Of a stretch of DNA of 64,000 bases, positions 25,952-40,802 are shown in pieces (the stretch's first letter is position 1; every line of letters starts with the position of its first letter). Made by a program: the position numbers and the translations under genes. The notes under the pieces were generated by a model. The model saw only the letters and a list, made by a program, of their open reading frames with translations. It was not told the DNA's origin and did not search any database. The stretch is from Eledone cirrhosa (Eukaryota): positions 17,980,001 to 18,044,000 of the forward strand of contig OZ024758.1 in assembly GCA_964016885.1 (NCBI GenBank), written 5' to 3'.

Positions 25952-27070
25952 CCTAATAACCAAATAATGAGTTATAATATTATATAGATAATCATTATAA
26001 TTAGATTTTATGAATAATTAAGTTTGTAAGTACACTTTATCTTATTATATTACAACAGGTCATTTATATAAATATTTATATAAATAAATAAAAATATAAA
26101 TATTATTTGTGATTATATATGTTGTTATTTTGATTAGATAAATAATTCAAATATTATTATATAATTTAAGGGTTACTAAGGATATTGTGTTCAGTATATA
26201 GTTAAGAATAAGACGCAGTTCAAATTTTATTAGAGAAGAACATTTTGTACATTCAAATAGTTCCATCAAGATAGAAAACATATACGGATATTATTAAGTT
26301 AACGAAATTATAGAGAATTTAGTATTTATGTTGTTAAGAAGAGAGTATGTTTATGTGTGCTAGATTATAAAGTAAAAGGTAACTCCAATGTTTCTTAGTT
26401 AAACTACGTTAGATTGGTCAATTATTTTAGAATTTACTTAAAAAATGCGGAATGTTTGTAGAGAAAATTGTATATATTATTTTGTGTATGATTATAAGGT
26501 ATTTTATATTACATGTTTTATAAGATGAGAATTTCTTTTATATATGTATTTAAATATTATCTATATAGTGAATTAGGAAGAAAATATTATTACAGACATC
26601 GTGAGTGTATTTTAGAAACTATCACAAAAAGGATATATTTCAAAATATCAATTAAAAAATATCAATAAAAAAAAAACATTAAGAAGAATATCAATTGAAA
26701 AAGAATATCATTTGTAAAAATATAACATAAAAGAAAAAATATCATTTAAACATCACCAATAAACATCGACAGAAGCAGAGTGAAGACACATAAAATGTGA
26801 ACACGTGAAATATATATATATATATACTATAGATTAAAAATACTCCGGAAAGTCATTTTTTGGCGATGTCTGCAGGAATTGAATATTTCTTTCTTTAAGC
26901 ACATAGAGTTTTGGCCGGTAAGTATATAAACATGTTCTTCAATACATAAATGACAGCTTCTTGAGAGAGTCATATTTCGGTATCCGGGTGCTTTTAAGTA
27001 CCAAATTAGATGTGAAAGTGATGTATAAAATCTTTTATCGGATCTATTAAAAGTATTAAATATATCTTTG

Positions 27071-27148
<78 letters not shown>

Positions 27149-27583
27149 TATGCCTAAAGAACGAATCCACAAACTTTATTTCACCTGCACAGAAAACTAA
27201 CGCAGAGCATCAACAACTTATATTAGTAAACCTTCTCGTAAATACATAGTTTATGTCTCTATATATGAGTAGTGACTTATGTATGTTTGAAATATGACCT
27301 CGAGCAAAGCAATCATTTAATGTCATAAAATCATGTTCGTTATTTTCATAATGAACCAAAGAAATGTTTTCGAAAAGTTGACGTGTTTTCTAAAATACGT
27401 AGACTTGTCTTTGGTATTAAGATCCATAGGATTAAGAATTAAATAATTAATTGCCGTGAAAATCTACTCCATTAGAAAATTATGAGATGGGTGTTAAATA
27501 GCCTAGAGATTACGTTGTCTACCAACCTATAGTTCTAATTAGTAAAGTAATTTTTGTTCATTATATTTATATAGATGTAGGGG

Positions 27584-27765
27584 TGGTGGATTGGCAGTAT
27601 CGGTAGAGGGTCTGACGCAATGCTTTGCAGCAAAGAGTTACGGTCCTTTATGGTCTGAGTTCAAATCTCGCCGAGGTTAACTTTGCCTTTCATCCTTACG
27701 GGGTCGATAAAATAAAGTACCAGTAATACACTGGGATAATTGCTGGCCTTGTGCCAAACGTTGAA
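27584..27765 (+). mobile_element. SINE-A
   Basis: Matches consensus. Confidence 0.85.
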
Positions 27766-28071
27766 TATCCATGGTCTGATAATACCAAGTATACATTGAA
27801 CAATGGCTATAGTTTTATAAGTTCAGTTTCGGGATTTTATCTTCTTAACAAATCAATTATATTTTAGTTTTGAATTGCTGGTCATCTATTAATATCCATC
27901 ATTGAATATGTCAAACCGCACATATAAAGATTACTAGTACAATTTCCATATATTTATTTGAATGTTATCAAACCAGTTAGATTGAAACACACACACACTC
28001 ACTCACACATAGACACACAAACATAGAAACAGACACCCCCATATATATATCTGCATGTATATATAATTAAT

Positions 28072-28330
28072 AATTGATTCTACGTTTGGCACAGGGCCAG
28101 TAATTACCTCAGTGCATTACTGCTACTTTATTTTATCGATCCGTAAGGACGAAAGGCAAAACTAACCTCGGCTGGATTTGAACTCAGATCATAAAAGGCC
28201 GTAACTCTATGCCGCAAATATGGCGTCGGATCCTACTAATAATTGTTTCAACTTTTGACACAAGGCCAGCAGTTATCCCAGTGTATTACTGATACTTTAT
28301 TTTATCGACCCCGTAAGGATGAAAGGCTAA
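28072..28330 (-). mobile_element. SINE-A, two adjacent partial copies
   Basis: 28072-28230 and 28239-28330. Confidence 0.8.
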
Positions 28331-28524
28331 TATGGATGAGGTGTCAACTTTTCATTTAGTTTATTCAGGTGTGACGCCTGTTTAGCGATTGATCAGCTAC
28401 AGGGTCGATCTCTATCGATCGGGCTCGACTCTGAAATCAATAGCTCAATGACGGAATGTAGCAATATATATGTATCTTAGAAACTTTCAAGTTTTCTGTC
28501 TTACTGCATATATATATATATCTT

Positions 28525-28638
<114 letters not shown>

Positions 28639-29720
28639 TATGCATTTATATCTGTACATATATGCATATATTTGAGCATACATTTGACGGTTAACATTTT
28701 TCTGGAAGAGTAATTTTCGGCAACACAACGGCATCCTTGAAACAAATAGCTCAGTGTGTTTTGTGATTTCAAAGACTTTATGTTCACCCTGTATATATAT
28801 GTATGTATATATGATAGTGTGTGAGGTTTCGCTTGGTAATATTCCTCTATTAATTGTAATATTTGTTGAAAAAGAAACATATATTATATACCAAGTTCAT
28901 ATTCCGTCAATAATATTCTTGCGTGTTTCATCTATGTTAGCAGTCTCTTTTCGTTTAGTGATATCAAACAGAAGTGTCTATTCAGCAGATATTATTAATA
29001 CATAACACAAAGTGATAATCGCTAATTGAATTTCTTAGTTAAACCAGGTCAGATAATTCAAGCACACTGCTTGGATTGAAACTCAAGTCTAGGTCATTGC
29101 ATCTAAATGACTATATTACCGAATTTGGCCACTGACCAACAGAAAATATCTTGGAAATACCTCAGAAAATCATATACGTTATAATGTGAAATGCATACGA
29201 AATCATTCATTTGACGTTCAATGGATATTTTCCCCGCACTTCATACAATTATATCAAAGTTATAAAACTAATCTATTGCAACATACATCTAATGTATTAA
29301 AACCTATGCTGATGATAATAATCGAAAGAACTGTGGTGTAGTTAGAATACATCCATAATATTGTTCTTTTCTTTTTATTTTCCGTCTTCACTTGTCTCTC
29401 TAGCTTCCTCTATAATATGTCTGTGTGTACGGTGCTGTGCGTGTGTGTATGTGTATCAGTATGTATGTGTATCAGTGTATAATCAGTGTGTGTGTATCAG
29501 TGTATAATCATTAACACCGAGAGTACAAATACAAGATAAAGAAGAGGAGGTAGAAGGGGGAGAAGAAAAAGAGGGAGACGAAGGAGAAGAGGAAGTAGGA
29601 GTGAGAGAAGGAGAAGGAAAAGAAAAGGGTGAAGAAGGAGAGGGAAAAGGAGGGTATATTTCTATTCTCCTTCACCTTTTGAACTATACTTTCTTTGTTA
29701 TTTGAACTATATCTGCTTCA

Positions 29721-29999
29721 AGGGGCCTCATTTTCCTTAAACATGTGAGGGGGACAAACCAACATTTGTTGATTCTTAAAGGAGCATAAATTGCTTAAGA
29801 TACCTTTCCCGGACCCTATCACATAAGGAACATTTTACGCTAATTGAATTTTATATATTCAAATGAAGTTCACATATAAACAAATAACCTTAAAAATAAT
29901 TTATTATATCAAATAAACAAGAATATAGGCGTTTGAAAAAGTGTGTGTGTGTGGGGGGGGAGGACTTGTCCCCTGGTACCCCCCTGAAAGAAGGCCCTT
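29721..29999. mobile_element. hAT-like MITE
   Basis: Termini AGGGGCCTCATTTTC / GAAAGAAGGCCCTT; 8-bp TSD CTGCTTCA / CTGCTTCG. Confidence 0.7.
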
Positions 30000-30349
30000 C
30001 TGCTTCGTGTAAACTAGCAAAAAAAAAAACCCACCCGTAGGTTGGTTTTCTGCTACCATGTGTAGTGTGCATATTGATATTATACGCAAGTATATATGCA
30101 TGTAGATATGATACGTTAAATAAAATCGTAAATGACAATATACACAGAAATTGAACAAAGACTGCGTTACACTGCATTAGGAGAAAATTAGTGACGGAAA
30201 TATATGAATGTTTATTTAAGCGATCGCTAATCGGAAGTGTTGACATTTGAACATTTTAAAGAGGTGAATCTTAAGATAGGCAACACAATTATGTATATTT
30301 AATCAAGAATAACGAAATTTGGTAGATACATTATGTAATATTCATTCAT

Positions 30350-30500
30350 TGGATTGGCAGTATCGGTAGAGGGTCGGACGCCATGCTTTGACGCATTGAG
30401 TTACGGCCCTTGCCATTATGAGATCAAATCCGGCCGAGGTTAACTTTGCCTTTCATCTTTATGGGGTCGATAAAATAAAGTACCAGTAATGCACTGGGTA
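30350..30500 (+). mobile_element. SINE-A
   Basis: Matches consensus, 3' end missing. Confidence 0.85.
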
Positions 30501-30843
30501 ATAACAGAATTGAACGAACATTATTCTGCCGTCACAGAACTAAAACCCTTTTTTCCCACTACAAGCCGAATATTACATAAAAGAGGGACATCCCCCAACT
30601 ATATAAACCTAGTTAGAAAAATATAAAAACAATCTCTTCTCAACATATATTAATAACCTTAAATTACCACACTAATAATGGAAAGATATGCTGATGAGAA
30701 TAGGTGCAAATATGCGATAATGAATGTGTCTAAAAACGTCCATAAGTATGTATATATATGTGAAAATGTATATAAATAAGTAAATATATATATATGTTTG
30801 ATGTGTATAGTTAGATGTAAGTGTATTCATGTATTAAAGTGCT

Positions 30844-30878
<35 letters not shown>

Positions 30879-31787
30879 GTGTATATAGATGTGTATGTAT
30901 GTGTATGTGTGTACACATGGACTAGAGTATGTATGTATATATGTGTGTGTCTATACGTGTGTATATAAAGATAAGTTGAGTATGAAAATGTATACACATG
31001 AGCGCGTATGTATGTATATGAATACATGTGTGTATATATATGTGTATGCATGTGTATATGTATGTAAGTATGAATATGTGAATTGTGAGTATATGTATTT
31101 TGTAGAGGTGTGCAAATATATTTGTGTGTGAATGCGTGGGTGAAAGGATACGTACACTTGAAAGAAAAATTTAAGTCTGAATGTTAATTAAGTGCAAACA
31201 CAAAACCAACCACGCATATCTTTTCTATCTCTAATCCTTCTATAGATTTAGAAAAATAACCAATAATATATTCTATAAAAAATGTCAAAACAACAGATGG
31301 GAATCTAATTACTCACTGCCACCAAGAATTCTCACTCCTTCAACTATTCTTCTAACAACTTCACCCCATCCCTCCTAATATTCTCTATAAAAACTAAATA
31401 GGTCCTCAGTAATATTATTCTGATGAAATGACAGTAAATAATAACATTGAAATATTGAATGTCTGCATAACTAAAACTTTGTCGATAGCAGCTGTTTTCA
31501 GGTTATGTAACTGTTATAGAAACACGTGTCAATAAATTCCTTTCAACTAAACTGTATCCATTCAAATCTTTCTATATATATTTATATATATATATATATG
31601 TGAAAAAATGGGGAGAAGAATACTGCACGTTGCACATGGATAACATGTTATAAAATGAGTCCCTCATCAGTGATTTGCCAACGATCATAGATATTTCATT
31701 GCATTAAAAATCATATACATATATATATATATATTTAAAATAATAAAAATAAATGTGAAACCTACATTCCGAACAAGACTCAATAAG

Positions 31788-32050
31788 TCTATATATCTAA
31801 AACAGAGAATGTCGGTCTGTCAGCTCCCTAAAACTCGAGAATCACTCAACTTATTGTTTTCAAACTTTACACATGTAATTATGGTCCTGTGAGTGTTTGG
31901 AGCAAACATTATCCCAAATTGTCAACGCCGTAGGGACCGCCTTAGCCGATTTAGCGATCTTTCTCTATAATTCTTATTATTTCATTTTAGATAGATACGT
32001 AGATATAACGTTGCGCCCTTATAATATCGGTCTGTATGCCGGGTTGTCTC
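31788..32050 (+). mobile_element. Possible decayed non-autonomous Helitron
   Basis: TCTATATATCTAAAAC...AATGTCGGTCTGTC 5' end resembles the element at 39612; 3' CTAG not found. Confidence 0.35.
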
Positions 32051-32153
32051 CATTACCACATTATGACGCTGTGTATGTGTATATATATGTATATATAGTG
32101 TATATATATATATATATATCTATATCTCTATATATATATATATACACACCCAG

Positions 32154-32233
<80 letters not shown>

Positions 32234-32572
32234 ATGTATGTATATAATATATATAAATGATCTTTATAACATTTACAAATATTTTTTTCACGTTATAAAG
32301 GTCATATATATATGTTTGCCAGATAGGCTTTTCAAACTCTTTTTTAATTATTATTTTCCTCACATATATATATATATATATATATAAATATATTCAACAA
32401 TTCTTCAGTTTCCTTCCACCTAATTCCACTCACAATGAAGATACTTGAACAAGGTAACTAGAAGTTGGACTAAATCTACAGCCTCGTAGTTTTGAAGCGA
32501 ACGCCTGCACATCTATAAACACAACTAAAACTGACTCATTTATTGAAGAGACTATTGTATATGTACGCCTGT

Positions 32573-32612
<40 letters not shown>

Positions 32613-33544
32613 TTGTTGGCATTTGTCATAATCTTTATTCTTGGCTATATTTAATTATATATCTTAAGTTTTACGTTCGTTAGAACATTCCGTTAAACAG
32701 TTTCCTCCCGAAAGTATTACGCAGCTTATACACTCTGGATAAATAAATTCTATAGCTTAATCCACGCAGAAATTGCATTCAATGCTTCGAAAGCATTTTT
32801 CATGATGTATGTTATCAAATATATCATGAAATTTATATATACGAACATATCTAAGTAATTTCATTGAAAACAACATAGAATATAATGCATGTGAAAAAAT
32901 TTGTTTCCATTTTTCTTCATACCCATGTTAATATTTAAAATATTCAGGAAGCTATATGAAAATTTACACCAGAAATATATACGAATTACTTTGAAGATTA
33001 ATGAATTAAGCGTGCTAAGTGATTAACACACTTAATGTGCAAACGTCTTCAATGATAAAATAAAAATACATATATTAGATAAAATGCTTACCAGACTTTA
33101 AATGCTGAACATCAGCAAATAAAATATCTAAAATTCTCAGACAGAATTTAACAGCTGCCTATCTATTGTTTGAAATATATCTTCAGAGCGCTTAAGGTTA
33201 TTTAGAATCTATTAAAATAACATTCATGAATATCGTAAGTTCTCATCAATAAGTACAACTACCATTATATTCAGACGACATATAAAAAAATACATTTTTT
33301 TTTCTAACATTTTCATTCATTTCAAATGATTTTACGTTTGGCATTTCCCTTCGAATGAGAATTATTTAACAAATAGTCATTACTTGCACACGTACACACA
33401 GACAAACACATACGCACACACACACCTACACACACCCACACACAAACACACCGCCACACACAGATTCACACACAGACATACGTGTGCATGCGTGGTTGTG
33501 AGGATGAATAAAATATTTTCTTTTGATACGTATATTCAAAACGA

Positions 33545-34502
33545 CAGCATAGATTTATGCATCTTTACGTTATGAGTTCAAATCTCGCTCAGGTTAACTT
33601 TAGCATTCATCCTCATGGGGTCGATAAAATAAAGTACCTGTAATGCACTGGGGTAATTGCTGGATAATCTGGGCGAGATTTGAACTCATAACGCAAAGGG
33701 CCATAACTCTATACTGCAAAACACAGTGCCTGACGCTCTACCGTTTCTGCTAAATAGACCCCGGAAGTATGACAGGAAAAGAAAACCTAGGCGGGATTTG
33801 AACTCAGAGCGTAAAGGGACGAAATTCTATGCTGCAAAGCATGGCGTCCGATCCTCCACCACCTTTAAAAATAATTGTTTCTACTTTTGGCTCAAGGTGA
33901 GCAATTACACCAGTGTGTTACTGGTACTTTATTTTATCTACCCCGTAAGGATGAAAGGCAAAGTTAACCTCGGCGGGATTTGAACTCAGATCATAAAGGG
34001 CCGGAACTCTTTGCTGCAAAACATGGCGTCCAACCCTCTACCGATACTGCCAATCCACCACGAATAAATAATTGTTTCTACTTTTGGCACAAGGCCAGCA
34101 ATTACCCAGTACAGTATTGGTACTTTATTTTATCGGATGAAAGGCAAAGTTAACCTCGGCTTGATTTGAACTCAGATCGTAAAGGGACGCTAATAAATAA
34201 TTGTTTCTATAATGGTGATAAATCAGTGACTGATTAAATCTATCCTCTGAATACCAACGTAGGAGATATATATATATATATCTATATTTGTTGTTTTTGT
34301 AGCTATTATATTATTTGTTGTGGAATGGCAGTATCGTTAGAGAGTCAGACGCCATGCTTTCCAGCATAGTTACATCCCTTTATGGTCTGAGTTCAAGTCC
34401 CGCGGAGGTTAACTTTGCCTTTCATCCTTACGGGGTCGATAAAATAAAGTACCAATAATGTAGTGGGTAATTGGTGGCCTTGTGCCAAAAGTAGAAACAA
34501 TT
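33545..34502. mobile_element. Cluster of six SINE-A copies/fragments in mixed orientation
   Basis: +33545-33665, -33666-33750, -33785-33860, -33871-34060, -34067-34190, +34320-34502. Confidence 0.85.
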
Positions 34503-34593
34503 ATATTATTTGTTGTGGAGCAAAATGGGAAATTATATAAATAAAGCAAACAGGTAAAACGACTTCATTATACATTTTCACCAATCAAGGTTT

Positions 34594-34710
34594 ACTCGAC
34601 CACGGTTCATGTTCTGTAGTTAAGTCAATAGAATCGACAACATCTTAATACAGTAAACAAACTGATTAAGGTGGTGTCAATGCTATTTACTTAACTACAG
34701 AATATGACCG
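34594..34710. repeat. Imperfect palindrome (MITE-like) between 25-bp direct repeats
   Basis: GTTCTGTAGTTAAGT...ACTTAACTACAGAAT; TTATACATTTTCA.CAA.CAAGGTT at 34568 and 34729. Confidence 0.55.
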
Positions 34711-35241
34711 GATGTCATATACTATAGATTATACATTTTCATCAACCAAGGTTAATATATATTTGTTTGTTGGATAGATTACACTATAAAATACTATAAA
34801 ATAATATAAAATAAATATATAAGTAACATTTCGATGTGCATAGCTTTAACTCATGTGTATCGCTTCTTTAATCGTAGTACTGAAGTTAAGTCAATGAAAT
34901 CGAATACTTAATCAATTTGTTTTCTGAAAAGACAAAGATGTGAGGTTACAATTAGTAAAATCAAAGGAAAATATGTTTACGAACGTTTCGTAAATATATG
35001 CTTTGTTAAGTTTATATATTTAGTAACTTTGGGAGTGTATAGTGTAAATAATCTATATTCACAGAAGAGGTATCGACAATTCTAAGGAGTGAGATTATGA
35101 ACATATGTTCATTGGATATATCAACATATTATATTTCATCCTGCTTGTCTCGTCTGCTTCCCCCTCTTCTTCTTCTCCTCCTCCTCCTCCTCCTTCTTTT
35201 TCTCAAGCTTCAACATCTACTACTACTACTAGTACTACTAC

Positions 35242-35295
<54 letters not shown>

Positions 35296-35715
35296 CTCAT
35301 ATTCTATTCTTTATTTTTCATACAATATTTTTTACCTTACTAATCTCACTTTCTTCCTATTTTATTATTGTAATTATATTTACGCTGGATATATTCCAAT
35401 GATAATATATACATATATACATGAACATTGGTGAACTCCTGTTGCTTTGAAGATTTTAATTTGCATATACCCCTCACGAGGAACATGTATTATTAGCGTC
35501 GGTAATGTAGTACTAATGTAGTACTTTCCTTAATCTACTGTAATTTTAGTCGAACTAACTAACAATTTCCTCTTGCCTTTGATCAACGATCACTGAACTT
35601 CAGTTTCATTTCACTACATCACGTATTTCTTAGTAATCAGCGATTACAATGGAACCGATGCAAACATATCCGCCAAACCACACACATAGACACACACGCA
35701 CGCATACACGCATAG

Positions 35716-35785
<70 letters not shown>

Positions 35786-35853
35786 GCAAGCAAACTCACG
35801 ACATTCACACAGATGAATGTATTTGTGTGTGTATATATATAGATATATATATA

Positions 35854-35908
<55 letters not shown>

Positions 35909-35962
35909 TAGCATCCAATTTCATTTATATCTATCTATCTATCTCTCTCTCTATATATATAT

Positions 35963-36091
35963 AGGAAAATGCTTGATCCCGACGGCAGAGCTCAAACCGT
36001 TTTGACATAACGAAAGAAGTGCGGTCCAGAAATAGAGTCCAGAAATAGCCGTCGAAACGGCTTGAGCTCTGCCGTCGGGGTTAAACATTTT

Positions 36092-36093
<2 letters not shown>
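35963..36093. mobile_element. Family E fold-back fragment in (TA)n
   Basis: GGAAAATG...CCCGACGGCAGAGCTCAA / TTGAGCTCTGCCGTCGGG...CATTTTCC inverted arms. Confidence 0.75.
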
Positions 36094-36139
<46 letters not shown>

Positions 36140-36323
36140 ATTGTGTGTTTGTGTGTCTATGTGTGTGTATCTCTATGAGTATACGGAGCTTTTGTCTACA
36201 TCTATTTCTCTGATATATATATGTGTGTGCGAATGTGTGTGTGTGTGTGTGTATGTATGTATCATTTTATACAAGTATGTGTATATTTGTGTATATTTTT
36301 GTATATTTATGAATGTATTTACG

Positions 36324-36430
<107 letters not shown>

Positions 36431-36789
36431 CAAACAAGTTACCGTAAATCTAATAACAACGAGATAAATCTACTACGTACGTGATTTACAAATTGTCAGA
36501 GATTCTGTAAATAGGAGTAGAATGGTAAATAATAATATATGCAGAGTTCAACATACTGAAATATTTTGTTCGATTTTATATGAAATCATCTTGATAATAA
36601 TTTCAAATAATATGCAGTATAGGAAAAAAGTTGTTTACTCGCAATTTTCTATAAGTTGCTGCATTTAGACTGATATCCATAATTCGAGAAATGTATTGTG
36701 CCTCCTACTTCCTGATATTTCGATTTTTCTCACATTTTAGAATATTTTTAATGAACTGTATATAATTGTGGCTCTACTATTCTGAGATC

Positions 36790-38155
36790 TATTGTGGTTA
36801 AAATGGGGTTCATCTGAAGGGTTTTTGTTGTAACGTTACTCGATACAGTGTGTAGTTAGGAGATCAGGAAGTCACTCCAGGTAGAACCGCTACTTCACCG
36901 AATTGATTTATCACAGCTCATATATTATAGGCATCTGGTTAGAATGTCTCAGAACGAATCACTGGGCATATTTGTAGATTGGAGATCAGAGAGTCACTCC
37001 AGGTAGAGCCGCTACTTCACCGAATTGATTTATCACAGCTCCAATAATATGGGCATCTGGTTAGAATGCCTCAGAACGAATCACTGGGCATATTTGGAGA
37101 TTGAAGATCAGCGAGTCACTCCAGGTAGAGCCGCTACTTCTCCGAATTGAGAGATCACAGCTTCTATAATATGGACATGGGGTTAGAATGTCTCAGGAAA
37201 GAATCACTGGACATATTTGTAGATTGAAGATCAGAGAGTCACTCCAGGTAGAGCCGCTACTTCTCCGAATTGAGATATCACAGCTTCTATAATATGGACA
37301 TGGGGTTAGCATGTCTCAGGAAAGAATCACTGGACATATTTGTAGATTGGAGATCAGAGAGTCACTCCAGGTAGAGCCGCTACTTCTCTGAATTGAGAGA
37401 TCACAGCTTCTGTAATATGGACATGGGGTTAGAATGTCTCAGGAAAGAATCACTGGACATATTTGTAGATTGGAGATCAGAGAGTCACTCCAGGTAGAGC
37501 CGCTACTTCTCCGAATTGACAGATCACAGCATCTATAATATGGACATGGGGTTAGAATGTCTCAGGAAAGAATCACTGGACATATTTGTAGGATTGGAGA
37601 TCAGAGAGTCATTCCGGGTAGAGCCGCTACTTCTCCGAATTGAGAGATCACAGATTCTATAATATGGATATGGGGTTAGAATATCTCAGGAAAGAATCAC
37701 TGGACATATTTGTAGATTGGAGATCAGAGAGTCACTCCAGGTAGAGCCGCTACTTCTCTGAATTGAGAGATCACAGCTTCTATAATATGGACATGGGGTT
37801 AGAATGTCTCAGGAAAGAATCACTGGACATATTTGTAGATTGGAGATCAGAGAGTCACTCCAGGTAGAGCCGCTACTTCTCCGAATTGAGAGATCACTGA
37901 TACTGTGGGCTTGTCGTTAGAATGTCTCAGGAAAGAATCACTGGACAGATTTTACGGGCAAAGCCAACAGACAGGAGACCCCGATCAAGATGGTTAGATA
38001 TAATCTATGAGCTTGGTTGGTCATGCTTGAGGATCCAGCCGGATCAGTTGTAGACAGTTACTCCTGACAGGATCCGTTGCAAGGAATGTTTAAGGACTCT
38101 GCCAGGACTATACTCTCCGGAATACGTTGGCGTAGTAGTAGTAGTTGTAGTAGTA
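36790..38155 (+). mobile_element. 5'-truncated RTE (Expander/Rex3-like) LINE with internal tandem amplification
   Basis: KMGFI*RV..VTLLD..EIRKSLQVEPLL.RI..SQL..Y.H.VRM, then RRPRSRWLDIIYELGWSCLRIQPDQL*TVTPDR and (TAG)n tail. Confidence 0.85.
36858..37948 (+). repeat. Minisatellite, ~9 x 122-124 bp (mostly 123)
   Basis: AA(A/C)GAATCAC anchor at 36953, 37075, 37198, 37321, 37444, 37567, 37691, 37814, 37932. Confidence 0.95.
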
Positions 38156-38335
38156 GAATAATAAGAAAAAAACATTTATATAATATATTAGACTCAAAAG
38201 TCCATGAATTGTTTAGTGTTTGATGATAGCGGCGGGATTGGAACTCAGAACTGAAAGTTACAATACTTAAACAAACATAAGACACACTATTCTCTTCTTT
38301 CATACCATCTACCATCCATATATGATAAAATTAAT

Positions 38336-38520
38336 GTGGATTGGCAGTATTGGTAGAGTGTCGGATGCCATGCTTTGGCGCATAGAGTTACGGTCCTTGC
38401 CATTCTGAGTTCAAATCCCGCCGAGGCTAACTTTGCCTTTCATCCTTACGGGGTCGATAAAATAAAGTACCAGTAATACACTGGGTAATTGCTGGCCGTG
38501 TGCCTAACGTAAAAACAATT
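38336..38520 (+). mobile_element. SINE-A
   Basis: Matches consensus. Confidence 0.9.
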
Positions 38521-38994
38521 AACATAAACTGTAAACTTAGAAAATAAATTGATTCCCCAAAGAATAAGCATATGATCAAAAATATATTAGTGTGTATATA
38601 TATATATATATATTTATGTGTGTGTGTGTGTGTTTAAGTGTGTAATATATATATGGTGTCCCCATAACATGTATATACACTCCAGCAGCATTCTAATAAA
38701 TATTGCCTGTACAGCTAATCAAAGTGTGTATACACTTTTAGACACACACGCACACACACAGACGCACAAACAAACACGCACACACACACGCACCCGCGCA
38801 CGCACACACACACGCACACATACACACACACGCACACATTCTCTAACTCTCTCTCTCTCTATATATATATATTTGCGTACGTTCAATTGTGTCTGTTTCT
38901 GTGTGAGCAGACACACACACACGCACACACACACTCACACACACACATACACAAGCATACACACACACACACACACACATACACATACACACAG

Positions 38995-39025
<31 letters not shown>

Positions 39026-39611
39026 GATAGGTATGTATACCCTCGTATATTCACATGGGATATGCTTCTGATAAGATGTATTTATGTAAAAGTTTTAATA
39101 ATTTCATCAATGGGACGTCAGATACATTGTATTTAATTGAATGTTTAGAGATACATTTAACTTTACACTGTTTCCACACCCGTTCATCACCTCTAATCCT
39201 TTTTAACAATCTGAGTATATATCAGTGTAAAAATACATTACCGATACCAATCTTTCTATATATTGAATATTTAAAATAAATAGTGTTCGCTCGCACTGAG
39301 ACGATTAAAAAAATAACACTTCACTTTCATTGATTATCACATGTTCTGCATCCCACTTTAAATGATGTGATTATTAAAAAAATACAAGAATTAAATAATC
39401 ATGTATGTTTCATGATCATTGAGATAACTCAGGTCATATTGCAAAGGGAAATATTATTGAGGAATCTCATGGTAATTGACATATGGAAATTGATTATATT
39501 CTCTGAAAATATCAGATATATACGCAAATCACTCATCGAGGATTTGTTTCTACTACATTTCTCCACTGAATAGATTTACAAAAGTATATGGAACTTATAA
39601 GAGTTTTATTA

Positions 39612-39632
39612 TCTATATATATAAAAGCGAGG

Positions 39633-39676
<44 letters not shown>

Positions 39677-40211
39677 GCGTGTGCGTGTGTGTGTGTGTGT
39701 GGACAACTTTGGACAGCTAAGGCTTTTACAATTCCCAACCGAATTTGACCAAATTTTCTGTACACGTTGCTTCTGTCGCTAAGATGGTCACATCACAAAC
39801 ATGTTTCAAATCAACCGACGTTGAGCAATAAAAAATCGATAGCAAAATTATTGTTTCTAAAGTGAATGATGTAAGGTAGAAACCAATCAAAACACAATCC
39901 TTATGGGGCTTTCCATTCAAACTGTTGGGACCTACAACTTTTCAGCCGTAGCTTGCACATCTTTTTGTCACTCGCGACAAAATTGTAGGTGTTTATTCTC
40001 TGCACTACAAGGCTCTTAAGCGAGCATAGATTTTCTTCAAAGTCACATGCCTGTGTCAGCGAAACCATTAAAACTAAATCCTTATGGGATTTTCCATTCA
40101 AACTTAAAATTGCTAATTTTCATCTTTTACTTCCTAGCTGTATTTACAGTGAGTGCTGGGTGCTTTTTTGCATAATCTCAAACCCCGGGCAACGCCGGGT
40201 AAATATGCTAG
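39612..40211 (+). mobile_element. Non-autonomous Helitron
   Basis: A|TCTATATATATAAAA 5' end, internal (GT)n, subterminal hairpin CCCGGGCAACGCCGGG, 3' CTAG|T, no TSD. Confidence 0.85.
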
Positions 40212-40435
40212 TTAGTTATATAGGTATATACATATGTCTTTCTGTATATCAGAATCTCTATAGCTGCAGCATTCTCTTCAGTTTTTATATCAGGTTCTGT
40301 TCTCCGTTTCAATGACACATTCTAGAATTATATATATAAACAAAACATATAACGGGATGAATGAGTTGGGGTGTACAAGTCAACGAAACTTACGTATCTG
40401 TACATGACACTGTATATATATATATATATATACTG

Positions 40436-40492
<57 letters not shown>

Positions 40493-40562
40493 TGTATGTG
40501 TGTGTGTGAGGGAGAGAGAGATAAAGAGAGAGAGAGAGAGAGGGAGAGAGAGAGTGTGTGTG

Positions 40563-40623
40563 TCCCTGGTTGAATCAGGGGTAACAACAGTAAGAGAAGT
40601 ACTCAATACATTGGTAGATTGTA

Positions 40624-40689
<66 letters not shown>

Positions 40690-40802
40690 ATATGGAAAAG
40701 ACTTCTAGAGGACTAGAACTGTTTCATTCGCAGGAAATCACAAGGAAAGCTTTCTTGATGAATTCCTTCGAATGAAACAATCCTAGTCCTGTAGTAGCCA
40801 TT

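Noticed and set aside
28680-28797. Tc1/mariner terminus (CACCCTG-TA)
   Set aside because: Only one end visible; no partner TIR
36858-37948. CRISPR-like array or repeat-protein exon
   Set aside because: No unique spacers; eukaryotic context; units contain in-frame stops and derive from RTE ORF2
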